Of a stretch of DNA of 64,000 nt, positions 41,978 to 50,975 are shown in pieces. The notes beneath the pieces were generated by a model. That model made no database searches and had not been told where the DNA came from. It was given only the letters and a program-made list of their open reading frames with translations. Origin of the DNA: Balanoglossus misakiensis (lineage: Eukaryota > Animalia > Hemichordata); the NCBI GenBank assembly GCA_040954595.2, contig JBECUI020000031.1, positions 186,001 to 250,000 of the forward strand, read 5' to 3'. Position 1 is the stretch's first letter, and the number at the start of each line of letters is the position of its first letter. Position numbers and translations under genes: made by a program.

Positions 41978-43222
41978 TTACTCATGCCCCAGGGAAGGGG
42001 AAATATCCATTTTTATGATCTTCTTGGTAGCAAACCAGGCCACCCCAACGGAGAGGCCTACTCCAAGAGCAAAGGCCACCAGAAAACTCATAGGGTCCCA
42101 AACACCGTAAAAATATCCCTGGGTGCGATAACCAACATCCATATCCCGCATAAGCTTGCTGTAGTTTAACCCCCACTTGACCAGGGGCCAGTTCACCAAG
42201 GCTCCCAGCAGAATGCCGTAGAGGCCTCCCAGAAGTCCTATCCCCGCCGACTCCCACAAGAAAAGCCGCTGGATGTAGCGGTCTCTCATGCCCATGGCCC
42301 TCATCATGCCCAGCTCCCGCACCCGTTCAAAGACCGCCATAAGCATGGTGTTAGAAATTCCCACGGCGGCAATAATCAAAATCAACATAATGATCATTCC
42401 GGTACTGCCCTGCTTTGCTCTGGACATAGCGACAAAGTCCTCTCCCAGCACCTTCCAGCCCACCAGCTCCAAGCCCAGCACACTCACCAGCGGTTCCAGT
42501 TCCGCAAGCTTTCCTTCTCCACGTTCTCCCTCAGGAAGGTTGAGACTGATTCCGGTAACCCGCCCCTCCATCTCCAGCATTTCATCAGCCACCGAAAGGG
42601 GTATAAAAAGGCCGCTGCGGTTCACAAGGGGATTAGGACAGTCCAGAATTCCAACAATGCTAAGATCAAAGGTCTGGGCATAACCGTCCTTAGTTCGCGT
42701 GTAAACCAAAACTTCGTTGCCCACTTTGGCTCCAATATCCTCTGCCAGCCAGCCTCCTATCAGCAATTCCGCTTCGCCATCCCTTAGCCATCTTCCTTCC
42801 ACCAGACTCTCTCGAAGACGGAAGACTTCGTTGTTTTTACCAGGATCAATGGCTGTAAAACGACTAGGCAGGTTGCCATCTTCAGGAAAGGAACCCTGGT
42901 AGAATACCAGATCCCCCCCGAACGAGATCTGAGGAGCCCAGGGAATCTTTTTTTCTTCCAGAAGCTCCACAGCGGCAGAAGGTTCAAAGGATTTTTCTAG
43001 GGGAAAATACTCCCTTTCTTCCCAGTATCCCGGGACCATTATCCGGCCCATACCGGTTTCATACCACCATAGGTTCCTTTCAGATTCTCGATCCACACCC
43101 AAAAGCAGGGAACGCATGAGCACAAACATCATCAAACCATAGGCAATGGCACCGGCAGTGATCATGGTTCGACGACGGTAACGCATAAGGTTTTTAAAGG
43201 CCAGTTTGGGGAGGAATTTCAT
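41978..43222 (-). CDS. ABC transporter permease, FtsX/MacB/LolC-E family
   Basis: AFKNLMRYRRRT, NTMLMAVFERVRELGMMRAMGM. Confidence 0.92.
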   Translation of the reverse strand: MKFLPKLAFKNLMRYRRRTMITAGAIAYGLMMFVLMRSLLLGVDRESERNLWWYETGMGRIMVPGYWEEREYFPLEKSFEPSAAVELLEEKKIPWAPQISFGGDLVFYQGSFPEDGNLPSRFTAIDPGKNNEVFRLRESLVEGRWLRDGEAELLIGGWLAEDIGAKVGNEVLVYTRTKDGYAQTFDLSIVGILDCPNPLVNRSGLFIPLSVADEMLEMEGRVTGISLNLPEGERGEGKLAELEPLVSVLGLELVGWKVLGEDFVAMSRAKQGSTGMIIMLILIIAAVGISNTMLMAVFERVRELGMMRAMGMRDRYIQRLFLWESAGIGLLGGLYGILLGALVNWPLVKWGLNYSKLMRDMDVGYRTQGYFYGVWDPMSFLVAFALGVGLSVGVAWFATKKIIKMDISPSLGHE

Positions 43223-43225
43223 TTT

Positions 43226-43903
43226 CTACTTCCGTTTGTCATTGTGGATTAAACCGTCATGCAGCTCCACCAGACGTCCGGAGAATTCCATTACCATGGG
43301 ATCGTGGGTGGCAAAGACAAAGGTGCTTCCGAGACGCCTATTGAGTTCCTTCATAAGTTTGAGAATTTCCTGACCTGTGTTGGAATCCAGGTTGGCCGTG
43401 GGTTCATCGGCCAAAACAATCTCTGGACGTTTTATCAGGGCCCGAGCAATGGCCACCCTCTGTTGCTGTCCCCCAGAGAGCTTGGAGGGGAGCCTATCTT
43501 CCATCCCTTCCAGACCTACTTCTTTAAGAATTTTCAGGGTTCGTTCTTTGATTTCCACTTCGGAGAGTCCCTGGAGCTGTAAACTGAATGCTGTATTCTC
43601 AAAAGCTGTAAGGACAGGAATAAGGTTGTAGGTTTGAAAAACAAATCCCAAATTATCCCGGCGAAAATCTGCCTTCTGATCAGCATTCATGGTGACTACG
43701 GACACCCCAGCCAGGGAAACTTCTCCCTGATCAGCACTGTCCAGGCAGCCCACAATGTTCAGTAAGGTAGATTTACCCGATCCCGAAGGTCCGGCAATGG
43801 CAACAAATTCTGTTTTATCAATAGCCAAATTGACCCCCCGAAGGGCCCTAACCGAAGTTTCTCCAGTTTGGTATGTTTTGTGTACATTTTTAATTCTTAT
43901 CAT
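43226..43903 (-). CDS. ABC transporter ATPase, LolD/MacB-like
   Basis: [37 protein letters not shown]. Confidence 0.95.
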   Translation of the reverse strand: MIRIKNVHKTYQTGETSVRALRGVNLAIDKTEFVAIAGPSGSGKSTLLNIVGCLDSADQGEVSLAGVSVVTMNADQKADFRRDNLGFVFQTYNLIPVLTAFENTAFSLQLQGLSEVEIKERTLKILKEVGLEGMEDRLPSKLSGGQQQRVAIARALIKRPEIVLADEPTANLDSNTGQEILKLMKELNRRLGSTFVFATHDPMVMEFSGRLVELHDGLIHNDKRK

Positions 43904-44131
43904 TTACACATCCATATTTTCATTGTGATGAAATTTGTGGTGTTTAAACCGCTAGTTAATGCAAAGCAAAGTTGAAGCGGATTCAACCTATTGAGGTACT
44001 TCCTTGACTTTTTCCCCATTTCATTATTTATTGAGTATAATCAGAAGGTGAAATCTGCGCAAATACCTCATTAATAGAAAAGACTGAACCTTCTGAACCA
44101 TTACCAGAAAGACTGTTCCAAGGAGAGGCTT

Positions 44132-45103
44132 ATGGGTTTCTTACTAGAGGGAAAATGGGTTGATCAGAACTACGATACCAAGACTTCAAAAGGTCGCTTT
44201 GATCGTAAGGAATCGACTTTTCGCCATTGGATTACCGCCGATGGCTCCCCCGGCCCAAGTGGTTCTGGAGATTTCCCTGCAGAGACAGGACGCTACCACC
44301 TTTATGCCTCCTATGCCTGTCCCTGGGCACATCGCTGCCTGATTTTTCGAATCCTCAAGGGCCTGGAAAACATGATCTCCCTCTCCATTGTTCATTGGGA
44401 TATGGGAAGTCAGGGCTGGAGTTTTCACGAGGATAAGAACGTCATACAGGATTGGGTTAACGGAGCAGAATATCTACATCAGATTTATTCAATGGCTGAC
44501 AGGCATTACAGCGGACGCGTAACGGTACCAGTGCTATGGGATAAAAAGAAGAAGACCATGGTTTCCAATGAGTCCTCTGAAATCATTAGGATGTTCAACT
44601 CGGCATTTGACGGCCTTGGAGCAAAAAACGGTGATTACTATCCCCCAGAACTCCGGGAGGAAATTGATGCTATCAACAGCCGTATTTATAACGATGTCAA
44701 TAATGGAGTTTACAAGGCTGGTTTTGCCAGCACTCAAGATGCCTATGAAGAGGCCGTCTCCCAGCTTTTTGAAACACTAGATTGGTTGGAGAGTCACTTA
44801 AAAAACCGACTATACCTTCTAGGGACGGCTCCGACCGAGGCCGACTGGCGTCTGTTCACCACGCTAATCAGGTTCGATCTCGTTTATGTGGGGCATTTTA
44901 AGTGTAACGTGAAACGTCTTGCCGACTACCCCAAGCTCTCGGCCTACCTTATCAACCTTTACAAACAGCCGGGCATAGCGGCAACGGTGCACATAGACCA
45001 TATCAAGAAACATTATTACAAGAGCCATAAGGCAATCAATCCAACCGGCATTGTACCTGTGGGACCAGAAATTGATTTTTTCACTTCCACGGGCAAGGAA
45101 TAA
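44132..45103 (+). CDS. yqjG: Glutathionyl-hydroquinone reductase (YqjG/Xi-class GST)
   Basis: RYHLYASYACPWAHR, VTVPVLWD, SNESSEI, VNNGVYKAGF, INPTGIVP. Confidence 0.95.
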   Translation: MGFLLEGKWVDQNYDTKTSKGRFDRKESTFRHWITADGSPGPSGSGDFPAETGRYHLYASYACPWAHRCLIFRILKGLENMISLSIVHWDMGSQGWSFHEDKNVIQDWVNGAEYLHQIYSMADRHYSGRVTVPVLWDKKKKTMVSNESSEIIRMFNSAFDGLGAKNGDYYPPELREEIDAINSRIYNDVNNGVYKAGFASTQDAYEEAVSQLFETLDWLESHLKNRLYLLGTAPTEADWRLFTTLIRFDLVYVGHFKCNVKRLADYPKLSAYLINLYKQPGIAATVHIDHIKKHYYKSHKAINPTGIVPVGPEIDFFTSTGKE

Positions 45104-45190
45104 GTGTGGGGCCGTCAGTTTTAAGTTTGTTGGAAAATGGCTTTTCCTCTCCACAGAACTTGCTGACACTGTGAGCTCATAAGTAGTAGT

Positions 45191-45985
45191 ATGTCCCTTA
45201 TGAAGCAATCAAACCAATCAGAAGCTACACGGATTATTTCCTGGAACGTCAATGGCGTCAGAGCCGCCCAGAAAAAGGGGCTTACCGATTTCCTGCTGTC
45301 CAAGAACCCAGACCTGTTCTGTATCCAGGAATCCAAGGCCCATCTGGACCAGCTTCCTAAAGAAATTTATGCCCCCGGCACCTATAATTCCTGGTGGATG
45401 AGTGCCGAGAAACGGGGCTACAGCGGTACGGGAGTCTATGCTAAGAGGGAACCCGAAAATCTTGAAAAACTAGGAGTTCAGGAGTTTGACTCCGAGGGAC
45501 GCGTTCAAGTAATCCATTGGAAAGACATTGTTTTTATTAACGGCTATTTCCCTAACTCCCAGCCTGCCGGAATTCGCTTAGAATATAAACTTGCCTTTAA
45601 CAAGGCGGTGAAAGAACGGGCCGATGCTCTGGTTTTAGAGGGAAAGACCGTGGTAATTTTAGGAGACTTTAACGTCTCCCACAAACCTATAGATCTGGCC
45701 AGGCCCAAGGAGAACGAAGGCAGCCCAGGCTACCTTCCCGAGGAACGAGCCTGGATGGATTCTTTTATTTCAGGTGGTTGGACCGATACTTTCCGAATGT
45801 TCAACGATTCTCCCGAACAGTACACCTGGTGGTCCTACCGCAGTGGGGCGCGGGCCAGGAACGTAGGGTGGCGTTTGGACTATTTCTGTGTAAACGATGC
45901 TTCAAGAAACCGGATTAAGTCCTCTCAAATTCTGGCAGAAGTGGAAGGAAGCGATCATTGCCCAGTGGAGCTTATTATCGAATAA
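45191..45985 (+). CDS. xth: Exodeoxyribonuclease III (AP endonuclease)
   Basis: SWNVNGVRA, CIQESK, GYSGT, GDFNVSH, YTWWSYR, GWRLDYF, SDHCP. Confidence 0.96.
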   Translation: MSLMKQSNQSEATRIISWNVNGVRAAQKKGLTDFLLSKNPDLFCIQESKAHLDQLPKEIYAPGTYNSWWMSAEKRGYSGTGVYAKREPENLEKLGVQEFDSEGRVQVIHWKDIVFINGYFPNSQPAGIRLEYKLAFNKAVKERADALVLEGKTVVILGDFNVSHKPIDLARPKENEGSPGYLPEERAWMDSFISGGWTDTFRMFNDSPEQYTWWSYRSGARARNVGWRLDYFCVNDASRNRIKSSQILAEVEGSDHCPVELIIE

Positions 45986-46000
45986 GTCTCTTCCAGAAAT

Positions 46001-46122
46001 CAGTCTGTACGTTTCGGGACTAAGGTGTGCAACAAAAGCGTATTACCGGCTCTCGCCGTAAGTACGGGGGACATGAAGGAATCTCTTGGTGTTCCTGAAA
46101 CGCCGAGACTGAAAGTTCAGTC
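46001..46122. ncRNA. Candidate structured RNA / long imperfect hairpin, family not recognised
   Basis: CAGTCT/AGACTG, CGTTTCGGGA/TCCTGAAACG, CTAAGG/TCTTGG and an apical CCGT-AAGT-ACGG stem, nested with G-U pairs. Confidence 0.35.
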
Positions 46123-46259
46123 AGCGCTTAAAAGAACGACATGATTTAATTTCGACAAGATGCAAAGTTTGTTACAACAAACAACAGAGCTGTGATAAAA
46201 TTGGAAAAATCACCGAAAATTTACTGATTTTTTGGGATATTCAGCAACCAGGAGAAATT

Positions 46260-47498
46260 ATGGATTTTAGAAAACGTTATGCAGATCTTGGGGTAGATGT
46301 CAATAAAGCTCTTGAGACTCTTAAATCCATTTCCTTAAGTTTACACTGCTGGCAGGGTGATGATGTTGGAGGATTTGAACAGGTCGGAGCAAAACTCAAG
46401 GGAGGTGGGCTTCAGATTACAGGCAATTATCCTGGCAAAGCAAGGAGTATTGAAGAATTGCGATGTGATTTGGAAAAGGTTTACACCCTTATTCCTGGCA
46501 GGCATCGCCTCAATCTGCATGCCATCTACGGGGAGTTTGGTGGAAAGAAGATAAACCGGGACATGGTGGAACCTGGACACTTTACAGGATGGGCTGCCTG
46601 GAGTCGAGAAAAGGGTATTCCCTTAGATTTCAATTCTACCTTGTTTTCTCACCCCCAAGCCGAAGATGGGTTTACCCTGTCGAGCAAAAATTCCTCCATA
46701 AGGAAATTCTGGATTGAACATGTTAGGAGGTGCCGCCGAATTACTGATTTCTTTGGAGGCAATCAGACAGGCCCCTCACTCCATAATCTCTGGATTCCTG
46801 ACGGGTTCAAGGACAAACCGGTGGATCTCTACAGCCATCGGTGCATTCTCACCGAATCTCTGGATGCCATTTTTTCCGATACCTATGACCCCGACAGGGT
46901 CTGCGATGCCGTGGAGTCCAAACTGTTCGGGATAGGAAGCGAGGCTGCCGTTATTGGTAGTCACGAATTCTATCTCGGTTACGCTTTGACCCGGGAAAAA
47001 ATGCTCTGCATCGATATGGGACACTTCCATCCCACCGAGTCGGTGGCTAATAAGATTTCAGCGATTCTCCAGTTCCAGGACAAATTCCTCCTTCATGTAA
47101 GTCGTCCAATGCGTTGGGACTCCGACCATGTCGTAACTTTGGGCGATGAGCTTTACGACCTGGCTGTGGAACTTGTACGCTGCCAAGCTCTGAGCAAGAT
47201 TCATATAGGGTTGGATTTTTTTGATGCCTCCCTTAATCGAATCGGTGCATGGGCAGTCGGCAGCCGTGCAACCCTCAAGGCTCTGCTCTTTGCCCTACTT
47301 GAACCGCGTCATATGCTGCTGGAATACGAGGAAAATGGCCGGTACTTCAGCCGACTGGCCCTTTTGGAGGAAATCAAAACCCTTCCTTTTGGCATGATCT
47401 GGAATCAATATTGTGAGGAGACGGCAGCCCCAACTGACCCTGAGCTTATTGAACAAGTGGAGCAATATGAAGCTGAAGTTCTTTCCCGACGGGGTTGA
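46260..47498 (+). CDS. rhaA: L-rhamnose isomerase
   Basis: SLHCWQGDDVGGFE, TGNYPGKAR, RLNLHAIY, ESKLFGIGSE, DMGHFHPTE, RWDSDHV, LDFFDASLNR. Confidence 0.97.
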   Translation: MDFRKRYADLGVDVNKALETLKSISLSLHCWQGDDVGGFEQVGAKLKGGGLQITGNYPGKARSIEELRCDLEKVYTLIPGRHRLNLHAIYGEFGGKKINRDMVEPGHFTGWAAWSREKGIPLDFNSTLFSHPQAEDGFTLSSKNSSIRKFWIEHVRRCRRITDFFGGNQTGPSLHNLWIPDGFKDKPVDLYSHRCILTESLDAIFSDTYDPDRVCDAVESKLFGIGSEAAVIGSHEFYLGYALTREKMLCIDMGHFHPTESVANKISAILQFQDKFLLHVSRPMRWDSDHVVTLGDELYDLAVELVRCQALSKIHIGLDFFDASLNRIGAWAVGSRATLKALLFALLEPRHMLLEYEENGRYFSRLALLEEIKTLPFGMIWNQYCEETAAPTDPELIEQVEQYEAEVLSRRG

Positions 47499-48594
47499 TA
47501 GCGCTCTAAGAAAGCTTATAAAGATCTCCAGGCACTACGGTTCCAATCCGGATTATGTGCTTGGAGGGGGGGGGAACACTTCCTGGAAAAATTCCGAACT
47601 GATGTATGTGAAGACTTCGGGTGTTTCTCTTTTGAATCTGGGGCCGCAGGGACTAGTGGGCATGGATCTGGCCAGATTGAAGCAAATCTGGACGGCTAGA
47701 TATCCAAGCAACCAGGACGAGAGGGAAGAAGCGGTACTCCAGGATATGATGTCTGCCCGACTCCCCGGAGAAGAGCACAAACGGCCTAGTGTGGAGGCCC
47801 TCCTCCACGCTCTTTTTCCCTTTCGCTTTGTTGTCCATACCCATCCTACTTTGGTCAATGGGCTTACCTGTGCCTTGGCCGGAGAAAGATGGGTTACACG
47901 GATGTTCGGGGAAGACACACTATGGATTCCAGTAATAGAACCTGGCTATATATTGGCAAGGGCAGTGAAAAAGTTGATGGACAAGAGACTATCAGAGGGG
48001 AAAAAACCTCCCCAGCTGATCTTTCTTCAAAATCACGGTTTGTTTGTTGCCGCCAACAAGATTGCGGAAATCAAGGCACTACACCATCGGGTCTTCTCTA
48101 CCTTGGAGACGGAAGTAAAACAAAGGCCATCCACAGCACTCCGCCAGATCGACGTCCCCGAGGCCAAGGCAATTTGCTTTGCTCTTCCAGGCTACTGCGT
48201 GCTGCCTTTCACCACGGATGACATCCTCCGCTTTGCAAAAAGCCGTAAGGCATTTGACCCCTTACACCTGGCATTTTCTCCTGATCACATTGTCTACTTC
48301 GGGTATAGACCCCTTTACCTTGAGACCATTGAAGAGCTAGCTAGCGGAATCGAAAGGTTCAAGGATGATGATGAGGGAAGGCCTCCCAAGATCATCGTCC
48401 TTAAGGGAATCGGAGCCTTTGCCTGCCACAAGGAGGTCAGGGGTGCCAAGCTTGCCCGAGATATGTTTTTGGATGACGTAAAGATTGCCGTTTATACAGC
48501 GAATTTCGGAGGGTATCACCACCTTCCAGAATGGTTCATCAATTTTATTAGAACCTGGGAAGTAGAGAAGTACCGGGCTGCCGTAGTCAAGTAG
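47467..48594 (+). CDS. Class II aldolase/adducin family protein (rhamnulose-1-phosphate aldolase-like, RhaE-type without SDR domain)
   Basis: GGGGNTSWK, RPSVEALLH, VVHTHP, LQNHGL, FSPDHIVY, WEVEKYR; GGAG RBS. Confidence 0.85.
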   Translation: MKLKFFPDGVDSALRKLIKISRHYGSNPDYVLGGGGNTSWKNSELMYVKTSGVSLLNLGPQGLVGMDLARLKQIWTARYPSNQDEREEAVLQDMMSARLPGEEHKRPSVEALLHALFPFRFVVHTHPTLVNGLTCALAGERWVTRMFGEDTLWIPVIEPGYILARAVKKLMDKRLSEGKKPPQLIFLQNHGLFVAANKIAEIKALHHRVFSTLETEVKQRPSTALRQIDVPEAKAICFALPGYCVLPFTTDDILRFAKSRKAFDPLHLAFSPDHIVYFGYRPLYLETIEELASGIERFKDDDEGRPPKIIVLKGIGAFACHKEVRGAKLARDMFLDDVKIAVYTANFGGYHHLPEWFINFIRTWEVEKYRAAVVK

Positions 48595-48990
48595 CTGTCC
48601 CCCTTCAGAAAAGAGTCCTGTCTATTTGAAGAGGGCCTGGACCGAGTCTGACTTCATTCTGTATCGGAGAAAGGCCATGTTCCCCCAGACAGAAGGAGAT
48701 CCAAAGCTGCTGCTCTCCAGGGGAGAAAGTTGCCCTCGATAAGGTCAACATACATGTCGCACATTGGCTTCACGCCAAAAAAACAGCCTATTCTAAGGGG
48801 CTTCTTTCTCCTTTGTTCACGGAGAAAAAGTAGGGGCTGCAGTTCTTATGGATGGACTTCCACCAGGGGGCCGCAACCTTTGCGGAGTTTCATCACTCTC
48901 AGCTTCTGTGATACGTCTTTACCGTTGTTTTAGCCACCTAAGGGTATCAGGAGGATCTTTCTCAGCCCTCTAAGAAATGTGAGAAACTTC

Positions 48991-49953
48991 TTATGCACGA
49001 TTTTTTCTACGAAACTCTATACCAGAAAAGATGATGAGTGAAAGAATGAGAAGGACTCCCAGAGTAAAATTGTAAATATTTCCACTGAAATTGAGCAATG
49101 AGAATCCCTTCTTCAGAACACCAATGATCAAAATCCCAATCAAGGTTCCCCGCAAACTACCCACGCCACCCATAATCGACGTGCCACCTATAAGCACAGC
49201 CGTGATCACCTCAAAGTTCATGTTATCACCCATGCTGGTTTTTGCCGCCGAGAAACGTCCAAGATAGATCATGGCTGCCAGACCGCAGAGTAAACCCATA
49301 AAGGTATAAATGCCAAGAAGGATCTTGGGAGTATTAACACCGGAAAAAATGACTGCTTTTTCGTTGAATCCCATACCCTTGAGATTTCTTCCCAAACATC
49401 CGTGCTCATAAAGATAGTCCAGAATAAGGAAAAAAAACAGGAGATACAGAAACTGTATCGGCATGAAACCAAAGAACTTTGTTGTGGAGATTTTTGAGAA
49501 CGCTTCTGGAAACTTGGCATAGTTCTCTGAACCGGCAATGATCATGGAAATACCTCGATACAGGTACATAGTAGCCAAGGTGGTCACCAGAGAGGGGATT
49601 TTAGTCTGGGATATAAGGAGACCATTGATTAACCCTCCCAGAACGGATACCAGAATGCCCGCCGCCATGGCCAGGAACAAATTCTGGGTATTGACCCAGG
49701 TAAAACCAAAGACAATACCACCCATCTGAAGATTGTAGCCGACACCAAGGTCAACACCGCCAGTGCTGATAATAAAGGTCATTCCCAGGGCCATCAAACC
49801 GATTTCACCGACAATGGTAAACACATCAAAGAAAACCCGCGGTTGAAAAAACACCGGTTCAATAATACCGAAAAGACCCACAAGCCCCAGCAGTGTAAGA
49901 AAAAGAATAAACTGATGGTTCATGTGGAATATAAATTTCTTCTTATTGCCCAC
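48991..49953 (-). CDS. Monosaccharide ABC transporter permease (RhaQ/LsrD-like)
   Basis: ISTGGVDL, IPSLVTTLATM, ITAVLIGGTSIMGGVG. Confidence 0.92.
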   Translation of the reverse strand: MGNKKKFIFHMNHQFILFLTLLGLVGLFGIIEPVFFQPRVFFDVFTIVGEIGLMALGMTFIISTGGVDLGVGYNLQMGGIVFGFTWVNTQNLFLAMAAGILVSVLGGLINGLLISQTKIPSLVTTLATMYLYRGISMIIAGSENYAKFPEAFSKISTTKFFGFMPIQFLYLLFFFLILDYLYEHGCLGRNLKGMGFNEKAVIFSGVNTPKILLGIYTFMGLLCGLAAMIYLGRFSAAKTSMGDNMNFEVITAVLIGGTSIMGGVGSLRGTLIGILIIGVLKKGFSLLNFSGNIYNFTLGVLLILSLIIFSGIEFRRKNRA

Positions 49954-50953
49954 CAGTTAGCTCCTTTTCAGATATATCTTTTCGATTTGACGAGCCTCGT
50001 TCTTGTTTCCTCCGTGGGGAAAAATCAGCAATGCTAACGAATACGGCAACAAGTATAATGACCCCTTGAAGGGCAAATTGGTAATAGTCCTGAAAGCCCA
50101 AGTAGATCATGGCAATGCTGACAAGGTAAACGAACATGGAACCCAGAACCGCACCGATAATCTTTCCTGCTCCCCCGAAAATACTCAGGCCTCCTACCAG
50201 AGCCGCAGAAATAAAGAACAATTCCCGCCCTATAAAGACCGAAGGCATAACCTCGTTGCGCGTCATGGCTCGAAGTAAGGCGGAAACACTGATGAGGAAG
50301 CCATGAACCAGAAAAACCTTAAAAACTGTTCTATTTGGGTTAATCCCGCTGTATATAGCGGATTGCTCGTTGCTGCCAACGGCATAGAGAGTTTTTCCGA
50401 ATTTTGAATAGCCCATAATAAAAATGAATACCCCGGAAACCAACAGGGCAATGATAAAGGTATAAGGGACAAGATCAAAAAGCCGCCCCCGGCCAAACCA
50501 AGTAAACTTGGGACCAAGATTCTCTATCCAACCGGACTGAGGAAGAAAAGTGACGTAGAATCCAACATGGACCATCATCATGGCCAAAGTAACCACAATG
50601 GAAGGGACCTTAAACTTAACGGTAATTAGCCCATTTAAACCCGAGAGAAACACACCAACAATAATGGCTGCGGGAACAAAAACTATCATGGGAGCTCCAG
50701 TCTTTACCAAGGCCCCAGCCGTGTAGGCCACAAAACCACTGATTGTTCCCATGGATATGTCTATATTCTTTGTCAGTATCACCATGGAAATCCCAATGGC
50801 GGCAACTATAGTGGGACTTACATCCAACATGAAACTGTAGAGTCCCGACTTGCTGGCAAAGTTTGTGCTCAGAGAAAGAAAAAGGATAAGGGCTGCCACA
50901 ATAATGGCAAGAATACCTTCTCGACTAATACGGATTTTTCTGTTTTGACTCAT
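49943..50953 (-). CDS. Monosaccharide ABC transporter permease (RhaP/LsrC-like)
   Basis: LTKNIDIS, VPSIVVTL, LYAVGSN, LVGGLSIFGGAG. Confidence 0.92.
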   Translation of the reverse strand: MSQNRKIRISREGILAIIVAALILFLSLSTNFASKSGLYSFMLDVSPTIVAAIGISMVILTKNIDISMGTISGFVAYTAGALVKTGAPMIVFVPAAIIVGVFLSGLNGLITVKFKVPSIVVTLAMMMVHVGFYVTFLPQSGWIENLGPKFTWFGRGRLFDLVPYTFIIALLVSGVFIFIMGYSKFGKTLYAVGSNEQSAIYSGINPNRTVFKVFLVHGFLISVSALLRAMTRNEVMPSVFIGRELFFISAALVGGLSIFGGAGKIIGAVLGSMFVYLVSIAMIYLGFQDYYQFALQGVIILVAVFVSIADFSPRRKQERGSSNRKDISEKELTGGQ

Positions 50954-50975
50954 GTGATGTCCTTCTGAATTTGAC

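Noticed and set aside
48595-48990. Possible gene remnant (e.g. the missing rhaB) or small ORF 48730-48933 between convergent operons
   Set aside because: The translations examined show no recognisable motifs and there is no convincing RBS
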